From contig JALMLS010000271.1 of NCBI GenBank assembly GCA_038496445.1, forward strand, positions 1 to 64,000: a DNA stretch of 64,000 nt, read 5' to 3'. Below are positions 1 to 11,027 of the stretch, piece by piece. The translations under genes were made by a program, and so were the position numbers. Source of the stretch: Trichosphaerium sp. ATCC 40318 (lineage: Eukaryota > Protista > Tubulinea). Position 1 is the first letter of the stretch; the number at the start of each line of letters is the position of its first letter. Below the pieces are notes generated by a model. It was given only the letters and a program-made list of their open reading frames with translations, was not told the DNA's origin and did not search any database.

Positions 1-909
1 TATCTCCCACGAGCTATATTGACAGTGTGTACATTGCAAAGATGTTTAAGCCATGAGTCTTTTGGGCAAGCAAGCCCAATCACATGAACGTCTTTGAGTG
101 CTTTGATTCCTTCAACTGTAATATTATCACAACTCTTTATGTCAATTGTGTGTACACCAACAAAACTTTGGAGTGCTTTATCTGACACAAATGTGTGACA
201 AAGGTTAATAGTATGAACACCTTTGAGTGCTTTGACTCCTTCATCTGTCACTGCTGTGCGACAAAGGTTAATAGTGTGAACACCCTTGAGTGCTTTGACT
301 CCTTCATCTGTCACTGATGTGCCATAAAGGAGAATAGTATGAACACCAGCGAGTGCTTTGACTCCTTTATCTGTCACTGATGTGCAAGAAAGATCAATAG
401 TATGAACACCCTTGAGTGCTTTGGCTCCTTCATCTGTCACTGATGTGCGACAAAGGTTAATAGTATGAACACCTTTGAGTGCTTTGACTCCTTCATCTGT
501 CACTGATGTGCCATAAAGATCAATAGTATGAACTCCAGCAAATTTTTCTAGAATCTTTTCAGAAGGAAACCCACATTCATCTGATACTAAATCGATTCTT
601 GTGCGTTTCATGATTCCACAATGCTTTACAACTTGTTTTGCTTGTTTTTCTGTTTTTATACGTATACTATGGTATCCAATAATGTTGTGAATGATAGAAG
701 AAAGGATACGACATGTTTGACAAGCTGCAAATCGAGATTTGGTTGTGTGACTTAGAATAATCGCTAGAATCTCAGTGGGCATGTCCAGTAATGTTTTTTG
801 AGTGCTACAAATTATTTTAGAACAATACAATCAACAAAAACGTTTACCTTTGATTTAATGTATCAGACGCCAAATCACACGGGTTTTTATTACTTTTTGT
901 GCGATCCAT
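1..909 (-). CDS. F-box + leucine-rich-repeat protein (3' end runs off window); exon1 848-909, intron 805-847, exon2 804-<1
   Basis: Manual translation MDRTKSNKNPCDLASDTLNQ|STQKTLLDMPTEILAIILSHTTKSRFAACQTCRILS (F-box-like LLDMPxEIL), then 21-aa repeats xGVHTIxLxxTSVTDEGVKAL (63-bp unit). Near-identical N-terminus to 47878-48983. Absent from the ORF track because there is no stop in the window. Confidence 0.85.
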
Positions 910-1156
910 AGCGCCACGTGTACTTAGTGCGGAATAGCTGTTGACTCACTCAAACAATCAACCACTTTTTTTTGTTGAAACGAAACTGGACTACATTGTT
1001 ATTTTTGGAAAGAAATCACGTGCTTGGAGCTTTGTACTTTTTTTTCATAATAACAAGACGAAAGCAGTATTTTAAGTAAGTAACGCTCTGTACTTAACAA
1101 CGTTACTTATAATAAATAGCTAGTTTCCATGTATCCAGCGTTCGTACCCTTACAAA

Positions 1157-1210
1157 GTGCGCTTGTAAATACTACACTCACCAACGAAGCGCCCAAAGGA
1201 GGCGAACTAA
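1157..1210. repeat. Short dispersed repeat ending in a GC hairpin; copies at ~32640-32680 (+) and ~44824-44880 (-)
   Basis: GTGCGCTT(T)GTAAATACTAC...CCAAAGG...CGARCTA is shared by three loci. Confidence 0.65.
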
Positions 1211-1533
1211 CCAAAAAGGTACAAATTTCTCGTCATTCGTTGGTTAACGGGGCAGCACAGTTTTTGTGTAATTTGTACAATTTGTACAATTTTCCGAATT
1301 TCTACAATTTCAAAAACTGTGCTGGCCCAACATACTACGCTGCCACCTGCTAGTGCTGACAATCATAGTGTCAATAGGCGTATCAAAGGGAAAAACCGTA
1401 AAGATTAATTCCAAAATCGCTCATAGTATCTCTCTCGTGAGCATTGTACCAGTAAGAGGAGTATAAAAACGAAATAACGGTATTGAAAATTCCAAAATAA
1501 GGTATCTCTGGATGCGATACTGTGGTACAAACC

Positions 1534-2181
1534 CGTGGTTTGATAATGTCACTGCTGTATCTATAGTTAGAAGATTGGATGGTTCTCAAGTTTCCTTGGA
1601 TTATGGTACTGTGGGTTCAGAGGAGTGGCTCTTTAAGCGTAGACAGCGCAATACTCCTGCATTTGCTATTGGTCATGGTATAGATGGTTTCAACAGAGAT
1701 GGTACCGTTATTCTATCCAAGCATTTGGCTCCTTCACTCAAAAAGCGTAAATCAAAACAAATTAAACGAATTGGATTTATTGAGTGGGAAGACGATTACA
1801 ATTAATTAATATACATGACGCTGGCACGTGGCCCTCCAAAATTTGTGAGAACAAATTTCGGAGCCTGATTGGGCAAGCTGGGATGAGTCTAGTTATTGGT
1901 TCTTTTCTCTTTTCTTTTTATTTTATGCTTTAATTTTACAAAAATTTATTTGTTCTTTTAATGGCACTATATTCCTCTTATTTTCTTATTATTCAATCAT
2001 TTATTGTACTACGCTGGCACGTGGCCCTCCAAAATTTGTGAGAACAAATTTCGGAGCCTGATCGGGCAAGCTGGGACGGTGATTTTTTTCGATGTAATTA
2101 TCTTGTAATTATTATTATGAATAAAGTGAGGGCTACGGCGCTCGCCTCTTGTTTGAAAAAAAAAAAAAAAAAAAAAAAAAA
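1534..2181 (+). mobile_element. 5'-truncated retroposed insertion (non-LTR element 3' end or retrocopied RNA)
   Basis: Exact 17-bp direct repeat ATACTGTGGTACAAACC at 1517-1533 and 2182-2198. Poly(A) run 2156-2182. AATAAA at ~2120. The insert carries the end of an ORF (stop at 1805) and a 3' UTR. Confidence 0.9.
1818..2076 (+). repeat. Two 66-nt direct repeats (1818-1883, 2011-2076) with hairpin potential inside the retroposed 3' UTR
   Basis: The copies differ by one base (GATT/GATC, in a loop). They contain AAATTTGT-GAGA-ACAAATTT closed by CTCC/GGAG, and GCCT-GATY-GGGC. Confidence 0.9.
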
Positions 2182-2898
2182 ATACTGTGGTACAAACCGG
2201 TATATTTTTTATTACAATACCTGTTCGTCTTGGCTATGTGTACCATATCACAAAAGAAAAACCTGACCAACAAAGGGTGTCTTGGTCATCAATCGCTAGT
2301 ATAAGAAAAAGTAGCTGAACTCTTTGGCGTTTTTGTATTCTGTGTATAGTGCTGTCTATATTACAGATGCTTCTCCGACAAATGAAGGTGATCTTGTTTA
2401 CGACACGCCTTTAGCCTCCAAACTTGGCAAAATACAACAAGATCTTCCTGTAAAGATGTAGTTGTTCTTTGCCAACAAGCAAGCCTCTACTTTCTACTAC
2501 GGAGTCAAGAAGGCGTGTGCTATACACTCTAGTTTTTCCTGTTCTGTTACAGATTAAATAATTACTGGTACAAACAATCTCGCTTTTAGCACGTGCCTTC
2601 AAAGAATGCTAGATGGAGTCATAATTGTAATTTGCGACATTAAAACTGATGTGCCTTTGAAGTATGGTTGTGTTAAAGTTATAATAATAGATGTCATTAC
2701 ACTCAACAGTATGTGTTCACTATGGTTTCCAAAGTAGTTCAGAATTCGCAGCAAGGCAATTCAAATAATTATTAGTTGTTCTTTATCGTTTTATTTACAA
2801 GTGTTTTTGTTTATGTACATTTCTCTTCTGGTGTGGCATGTTGCAAAAATTGAAGAGCTTCGAAGTCCCTAATCCGAAAGGAGCATATGGCTTTGAAT

Positions 2899-4122
2899 TT
2901 AGTACATGTATACATCATCATCAGCAGGTGTAACCCACATTAATTGGTCGCAGTAATAATCATTGTACAGAGAAGGAAGCTCTTGAGTATTGTCAAGATA
3001 TAGCTGTTTCTTTCTTAGTTGTTCGTTTTCATATTGAAGCTGTAGGTTCCTCTCTTCCAAAGACTGTAAACAACACACATTATTGAAGACATCGCCTTTT
3101 GAAACACGTGTTAATTGAATTGTTATGAAAATGTTTGTGACCAAAAAAAAAAGAAACACAAGATAAGAAAAAAAAGTGTACCTCTATGATCCTGTGTAAG
3201 TCCGTTTTCGTTTGGAGTGAACGCTGTACAATACACTTCATCGTTTATGATGTTATGCTGGGTGTGGTTTGGAGGTGAGTTGTAGTAAAAGTCCATATCT
3301 TCAGTATCAGGTGAAGAAGAAAGAGAAGAAGTATCAGAATAGTTGCCATTAAGTTGAGGATCAAAATAGACTCCGCCGAAGATGTTAGAGTTGCTGATAT
3401 TAGCAATGTGGTACAAGTCTTCATTTCTAACAGATTCAACAACATGTGAGAAACCTAGACACAAACAGCGTGAGCACAGAACGCCAGTAAAAACAATTCC
3501 AACTGGACTTTTTCTGTCATACCTGATACTTTGTGATGGCATGTGTTTGCGTAATCTGATGCATGATACGATCTGCTCATATCAGGTCCTCGCGGATGGA
3601 ATATAACCAACTCGTTTAGCTTTCTCATACCAATCATACACTCTTTGAACTTATTCCTTCGTCTCTAAACAGAAAAACAATTAGTTTCATGACTTTATTG
3701 TTGATATTACTCAAACTAGAAGCCTTCGAAAGACATCTAATATTATACGTACATGTAGTGTAGAGCGTATACAGAAGTCATAGGCGTTTCTAATTGTTGT
3801 TGCGGTAGATTTTCCATGTGATAGAAAAAGTTCTGTACTTTCTTTGCTGAGGTACACAAGCCATCCTTTCATTGGTGTATTATCCATAAAGTGAACCTAA
3901 ACAATCTCTTTTAGTCCAAGAAATACTTTAAAAGTAACCCATAAATGAAGCCAGCGACAAAAGAAATAGGAAAGGACTGATTGCCGGTAATATCTGGAGT
4001 TTTTTGGGGAAAGAAAAAAGTCGAAAAAGATTTACGTTACTTACGACACAAGGCTTTGAATATTGAATATTAGGTAACGCTATTGTTAAAAAGTGTTGTA
4101 GTAAAGTGGTGCGTCTCGACAT
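2899..4122 (-). CDS. Hypothetical protein, 277 aa, 5 exons (4045-4122, 3753-3896, 3523-3664, 3182-3454, 2899-3095), family copy A
   Basis: All four introns are GT-AG and phase-compatible (834 nt total). Exons are conserved with paralogs at 5459 and 7646 while introns diverge. Confidence 0.8.
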
Positions 4123-5458
4123 TTGATGTTAACTGTGTGAAGTTTGTATTTTTTGACAGCTTACTTTTTTTGTTTTGTGACTTTGTTCACATTCTCTATT
4201 GGTCGTAACATAACAACGAACTAACGTGCAGTAAATAGAGGGATATAAGTGCATAAATAATACCAGTATGTCAATGACGGAATGTATCTTGTAGAAAGGG
4301 AGCTACGCCAAAAAATATCTGAAACAAAATTCTCAACACGTGTTCAGAGAACGAGTTCTCAGAACGCGACAAACATAAAATACGCTCTTTAACATACGAA
4401 CGGGTTTGATTCATGTTATTTTCTCAATATGAGTAAGATATGGATTTAATATGTGTTTTTAAGCGAAATTGAGAGCACAACTTTTTTGGTTTGGGGCGTT
4501 TTGTTGTCGTCATAAGTGAATATCCTGGATTACACTGTAGCTCGATCTGCATCAACTATAGATTATATAACAGGTATTGACATAAGTGTGGACAATCTAT
4601 ATTCATCATGGGAGTATAACGTCTTTACATGAATGAACATTGAGTATGTTTTTGTTGTATAGAAATGTTTTACATCTCCACTAGTGTACTGCCATTTGTT
4701 AGTGTATTAGCGATGTTTGAAGCCTTATAAAGCGAATTGCTTTAAGATACACACGTGATTAGAGGTTATGTACTCAATCCTTGTTCAAAGAAGTATGTCT
4801 TGTTCTCCGTTTAACTCTAATAGTATATCTTAGAATGAAAAAGTAAAAACAAGACTGTATGAAGTTTTAAAAGTGTTGCTGTAATTCGCAGAAATCTAAT
4901 TTTTTTCAAACAACGACAGAGAAGCAGCCTAATCACACTATTGTACTCATTTGCCATTAATCTTTTTAAATCTCAACAGCGTCAACGCACTCAAAAAAAC
5001 GCTTAAAAAAGTCGAGGTGTTTACAGACATTGGTCAACTTGAACAACTAGATGTCATGAATATACACTAGCGTGCACTTACGCCCAATGCCCATTATATA
5101 ATCTACAGAGAATTCAGATTGAGCTACAGTGTAATCCGGGATAATCACTTATGACGACAACAAAACGCCCCAAACCAAAAAAGTTGTACTCTCAATTTCG
5201 CTTAAAAACCCATTCGTATCTTGAGAACTCAACTTTTGATTTTACTCATTCGCATGTTAAGAGAGCGTGTTTTTAGTTGCCATATTCTGAGTGCTCGTTC
5301 TCTGAACACGTGTTGAGAATTTTACTTCAGATATTTTTTGGTGTAGCTCCCTTTCTACAAGGTACAGTCCGCCATTGCCATACTGTATTAGTTATGTGTT
5401 GAGATAAACAAAAAAATTAGACTGTCAAAAAATACAAACTTCACACAGTTAACATCAA

Positions 5459-6219
5459 ATGTCGAGACGCACCACTTTACTACAGCACTTTCTAACAATA
5501 GCGTTACCAAATATTCAATATTCAAAGCCTTGTGTCGTAAGTATTACGTAAATCTTCACTCTCTATTTCGACTCGTTTAATTCGCCAAAAACCATCTAAA
5601 TATACCCAGCAACCCTCCTTTCCTATTTCCAATTGTAGCTGGCTTCATTTGTGGGTTACATTTAATATATTCCTTCGACTAATAGAGATTGTTTAGGTTC
5701 ACTTTATGGATAATACACCAATGAAAGGATGGCTTGTGTACCTCAGCAAAGAAAGTACAGAACTTTTTCTATCACATGGAAAATCTACCGCAACAACAAT
5801 TAGAAACGCCTATGACTTCTGTATACGCTCTACACTACATGTACGTATAATATTATATGCCTTTCAAAAGTGTTGAGGCTTCTAGTTTGATTAATATCAA
5901 ACAATATAGTCATGAAACTAATTGTTTTTCTGTTTAGCGACGAAGGAATAAGTTCAAAGAGTGTATAATTGGTATGAGAAAACTAAACGAGTTGGTTATA
6001 TTCCATCCGCGAGGACCTGATATGAGCAGATCGTATCATGCATCAGATTACGCAAACACATGCCATCACAAAGTATCAGGTGCGTCAGAAAAAGTGTTCG
6101 TCTTTTGGATTTTTTTACGCACTTTTCGATGGCTTTGTACTTACATTGTTTTGGTTCTAGGGTTCTCACGTGTTGTTGAATCTGTTAGAAATGAAGACTT
6201 GTACCATGTTGTTCTGTAA
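5459..6219 (+). pseudogene. Truncated copy B of the 277-aa family
   Basis: Exons 1-3 are nearly identical to copy A. Homology ends after ...VESVRNEDLYHV, so most of exon 4 and all of exon 5 are missing. Confidence 0.7.
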
Positions 6220-7645
6220 ACAAATCACTTGTAGTTGCCAACGCAGACCCATTTTAATCTTTGTAAACAATTACTGATGAGCGTGATTACATCTAGTTAT
6301 GATATTATTTTTAAACACAATCAACTGCGAATTTCAAATGCGTTTTACGTCACCACACTTGTGCTACAATCTCAACAGTAACGAATATTTAGCTATGTTG
6401 ATGCGCTAGGACATCTAGTACATTCTTTGTCACAGGCATACTAATAGTGTCTTCACGTTTGTGGTAGAACCAGTAGGCTTCTTGCCAAACCATCTAAATC
6501 TATGGAAAAAGAGCGTAGTAGACGAGATCCGCTCGCTTGTTCGAGAAGGATCTGCAGTACAGGCAGTGCTATACTTAGAATATGCGAAAATACCAAAGGA
6601 GTTACTTTCTGTATATTGCTACGTTGATTACCAAGATTACGTGTACCTAATACACCCTTTGTTGGTCAGGGTGTTCTTTTGTGATATGGTACACAATGCC
6701 CAACACTGACAGGTAATAATAATAACTGTAGCGATTATAGATACGGTACACATAACAACACAGAAACTAGTAATTCTACTATCCTCTATGTACAAACAAC
6801 CAACAAAAAACAAAGTGTACCAGTTGTTATTATAACTGTTATCCTTTTTTTATTAATAGTACCATGAGAGTTAAATAGATTGAAACTGTGTACAAGGTGG
6901 CATGCCGTCCGGTGGTATTTTTTACGGCAACAGTTTCTTTGCCAAAACAACAATGTGAGAGAATACACTCACATATGGAAAAAAATAATCTTTCTTAGGT
7001 GAAGTATTGGATTTGTAAAAACCGAGACTTGTTCTCGCAAATACATAAAGGGTATGATGTATAAAACGTCATCTTACGTACCATATTGAAGCTTTTTGTG
7101 TACATACGTTGAAGTGTAACCAGTTTTTTGGCATTTTTTTTTGGGTTTTTTTTGCGCTAGTGTTATCAACCCTACAAATGAAGATATTAAGATCGTGATC
7201 CGAGACTCAACGGGCTCCGTGAGATTCCGACATGTAACGCTCTTGCCTCCAATAATTTGTGTATATTTAATAGATAACTTACATACCAATCCTCTTGTCC
7301 TCTACGTTACAACCCAAAACAACACTTGTGTACTCTCTTCTGAACTTTCTTGTTGGAAAGTCAAAAAAAAAATCACGTGACGTTTACTTTGTGCTAAAAA
7401 AAACCAAAAAAGGCGTACAGTTTCCGGAAATTTGTATGAAAATATAGAGCAGATACACATCTAAAAAGTCCGTTCTCCCAAATATAGCTTCACAGTTCTA
7501 AACTGTAGATTAGTGCTCCGAGAACGTCTGGCACCTACTTTGCTGGCTATTGATTTTCAGTGTAATGTTCTTGGTCTCCCAAATAAATAATATGTGAATC
7601 GTTTAGCAGATGGAGTGTTCTAAGTCTCAATACCTTAAGAACAAA

Positions 7646-8885
7646 ATGTCAAGACGCATCACTCTATTACAACACTTCTTAACTATTTGTGTACCACATA
7701 TAGGTCATTCAAAGCCATGTATTGTACGTCCTAACTTCTGGTTTTGTATCTTTTTTTTTCAATGACAAATTAATTTGAAACAATAAAGATTGGCGTGACT
7801 TTTCTTGTTCCTTGTCAATCTCCCATATCGCCCTTCTATACTAAACGCTATTATCTTGTTATCTCCGACTAAATAAAACGGATTAGGTACACTTTAAAAA
7901 CGATACGTCAATGAAAGGATGGCTTGTTTACCTCACCAAAAAAAGTACAGATGACTTTTTACAACATGGTAAATCAACATCATCAACGATTCGAAATGCC
8001 TATGACTTCTGTATACGCTCTACATTACCAGTACGTGCCTTATAATTCATGTGTTAAATACCTTTTCTGGGCGATCCATACGCTACAGTTCGTGATTTGT
8101 TAGAAAATACAAAAAATAGTTAACACAAAACTCATCTTGGTTTTTTTTTGTAGAGGCGAAGGAATAGATTTAAGGAGTGCTTCATTGGAATGGAAACAAT
8201 GAACGAACTCGTAATATTTCATCCGCTAGGACCTGATATGAGTAAACCATATTTTCCTTCAGAATACGCGTCCACGTGTCACCACAAAGTATCTGGTACG
8301 AAATTAAGGCAGAATAAGCCAATAACGCTTTAATGATCGTTTCATCTTGCTCACTTTGGGCGTCTAGGGTTTTCACATGTTGTCGAGCAATTTAGAAATG
8401 AAGAGGTATTTCACGTGGACAATATGAACTTGAATAATTTGGGCGGAGTGTGGTTTAACCCTGAACTAAACGAGACCCAATTCAACTCTCTATCATCGTC
8501 ATCTGGCTCCTTGTCAGAAGAACTTGACTTCCCAATTCATACATCATCGATTTCTTCTACAAACACAAGCGCCTATGAAAGCCAATTAAATGGTCCTTTC
8601 TGTACAGTATTTGTTGCGAATGAAAACGGTATTTCACAAGAACACGGAGGTATGTAACGATTATTTTCCACTTTATGAAAACCTTTCATCTAATATCAGC
8701 TTTGTGAAGGTGATGTCTTTGGTGAGGATAATCATATTTTGCATATAGAGCAACGTAACCATCAGGTAGCAATAGAGAATGAAGAATTAAAGAATTGTAT
8801 TGTACCGTACACTCACGAGTACTACGAGCATGAACTTTGGAATTATTACGAGGGATGTGACTATGAATATGGTGCTATGTACTAG
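7646..8885 (+). CDS. Hypothetical protein, diverged intact copy C of the 277-aa family (5 exons)
   Basis: MSRRITLLQHFLTICVPHIGHSKPCI|VHFKNDTSMKGWLVYL...IRNAYDFCIRSTLP|RRRNRFKECFIG...CHHKVS|GFSHVV...|GDVF...YGAMY*. Same intron positions as copy A. Confidence 0.8.
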
Positions 8886-10329
8886 CTTCACCACAACACA
8901 GATAGACGCGGGCTACAGTTGAATCTTCGTAATTTCAACAATTTTTACAATGCTTCATTGTCTAGAAGGACGTTTATACCTCACACAGCGCCTAACACAT
9001 ATACAAACTTGTAACAAATAATAAAAAAAATTGTAAAAAACAACATTACAATCATTCTGCCGCTTTCCTCGACCTCCAATCGCGTGTATGCACGCATACA
9101 TATTCTTTGGTATTGTTGTAACTATACATTGCTGTTTAGGAGCGTTGTGAGGATAAGAAATCAAACAAGTAAACCCTGTGTTTAGGACAGCGGTCAGACT
9201 AAAGAAGCATCTCCTTGGTTACAATTTTTGTAATCACAACTATTTAAAAAGATCACGTCACACACCCTTCCATTCTTTCTTGCCCTGGCAAGTGTTATAA
9301 GAACAACAGATACAATCAAGATAGTTATACACTCAGTTATTATAACAGGACGTAAAAATCACTATTTTGTAATTCTCCGCTAGTTATTGTTTTGATCATA
9401 TTTTTGTCCCTATTGGGCCTGTTTTAGTACATGTCGTATTCAAGATACCACGCAACATTTTCTTGAAAATGGGAAAAAATCATTATTTGTTGTGGGGCGC
9501 GTAATGGTACAAAATAATGGTTCTGTGAAATATTACTTGACTTTGTAAGAAAAATGGGAAGTCAGAAAGTCCCTCCGCGGAGTCTATGACAATAAATACA
9601 CTCTTCGCACTACCGTGAATGTTGAGATATCATAGGTATAGGTAATAGGGTTATAGGTTTTGATAACCAAGACATATACGAGGAACATGAATTTCCCTTT
9701 CACACCGAGAACAAAAAGTTCTAGTTAATCCGAAAGTACGAAAATTTGGTCTTTTATCTCTCCACAATATCAGCAACTGATAACGTTTCACTCTTTTGTA
9801 TAACATTTGGGGCGTTTGTAGGTGGTTTCCGGCATCCGCCGCCATTACCATTCTACAGAATTGGCAAAATACAGTCTGCTAGCTTTTGTGAGCACCAACA
9901 AGCGGATAATGACCCGAAATGGGTTTTGATGAAGCGTCAGTCTAGTAGAAGGCGGTGCAAGAGTAAATGCTGTTCGAGACGCTTTCTTTGAGTAATAAGG
10001 ATAGGTTTAGTCAAGTCTTATGAGCGCTCGTTTGTGAAAGTCCTCATTGTAGATTGGGCAAAACTACTTTTTATTGTTTCTGGTTTGGCCTTTTTTTCTG
10101 AATTCTAGTTTGACGAAGCTACCATAACGATTATTCTTGGTTTACGGTTTTTCTCAAACCTTTTACTCTTGGGTTTCACGTAATGTACATTCGGATGAAA
10201 AACCCGCTGTACAAATGCTCAAGCATCCTCCGAAGAGACTATTTACAAAAGAAATACCAAGAAAACAATACTGTTTCAATAAAATCAGTTTTATTCTACA
10301 TGTACTTTGTGCCATAACACCATTACATA

Positions 10330-10755
10330 TCACCAATACTCGCATCGCTCATTTTGTCTCCTTCGGGATAAAGGACGGCGACGCATGATATGACAATGTT
10401 TCTTACTGCAAAATAAAAGAGAGTATGTATCATGTTTTTGAACATAGTCATTTACACGCCTAATTTGAATTGTAGCGTACTGTCTACCCTTATACAATAT
10501 CTTATAAGTTGTTACTCTATCTGATGTGGACGTATCTACTATCCACGTGTTTGTATAGTAGTATATCCCGAAGTTGTGTATAATGAATCCTTTTTTCCTC
10601 ATTTCAGAACCAAGACTTGTGCTCTCCATAAAGCAGTAGTAGTAGTTAGGGTATAGGAATAAGCTTTTGATATCGTTTCTAGTATCAGTCTTTTTTATAA
10701 ATCCTTTTTGTTTTAGTTTATTCGTAATTGTCTTTCCGGCATTGTTGAAGTTCAT
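10330..10755 (-). CDS. Hypothetical protein (3' structure uncertain, possibly spliced)
   Basis: 141-aa ORF whose ATG follows an A/C-rich leader like other genes here. No recognisable domain. Confidence 0.35.
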   Translation of the reverse strand: MNFNNAGKTITNKLKQKGFIKKTDTRNDIKSLFLYPNYYYCFMESTSLGSEMRKKGFIIHNFGIYYYTNTWIVDTSTSDRVTTYKILYKGRQYATIQIRRVNDYVQKHDTYSLLFCSKKHCHIMRRRPLSRRRQNERCEYW

Positions 10756-11027
10756 TTACGTTGGTGTTTGTTGTTTAGGTGTTAATAGTGCTTTTAAGCT
10801 TACTCAGTCAACTTAATTTCATTACCACATTTAGTGCCAATGACGTTTAGAAATATAAATTTCTAGCTATTCGCTTGATACTAAGGAATGTAATTTCTAA
10901 AAACCACGTGTTTACAATATGTTAAGTGAAAATATAAACATGAGAAAAAAAAAGTACTATTTGCCAAAAATACTGGTGTTTCTCCATACTCTATTTATTC
11001 GATGACCTATTGACATACAATGAGTAT

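Larger units (their letters stand above)
2200..6760. repeat. Large imperfect palindrome centred near 4825
   Basis: 3410-4570 is a high-identity reverse complement of ~5095-6210. Weaker symmetry continues inward (GTCTTGTT 4797 / AACAAGAC 4847) and outward (2240-2280 vs 6655-6700). Confidence 0.85.

Noticed and set aside
170-545. Regular 63-bp repeats resembling a CRISPR array
   Set aside because: They are in-frame LRR coding units without unique spacers, and the context is eukaryotic with no cas genes.
1818-1883. Hammerhead, HDV-like ribozyme or SECIS assignment for the 66-nt repeat
   Set aside because: No CUGANGA/GAAA core, no P1/P2 partners for an HDV fold, and AUGA/GA spacing is wrong and absent in copy 2. 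Kept only as an unclassified motif.
9560-9820. RNase MRP-like GAAAGTCCC ... TGGGGC pair
   Set aside because: P4 pairing is incomplete, there is no GARAR hairpin, and the region looks like degenerate coding sequence.
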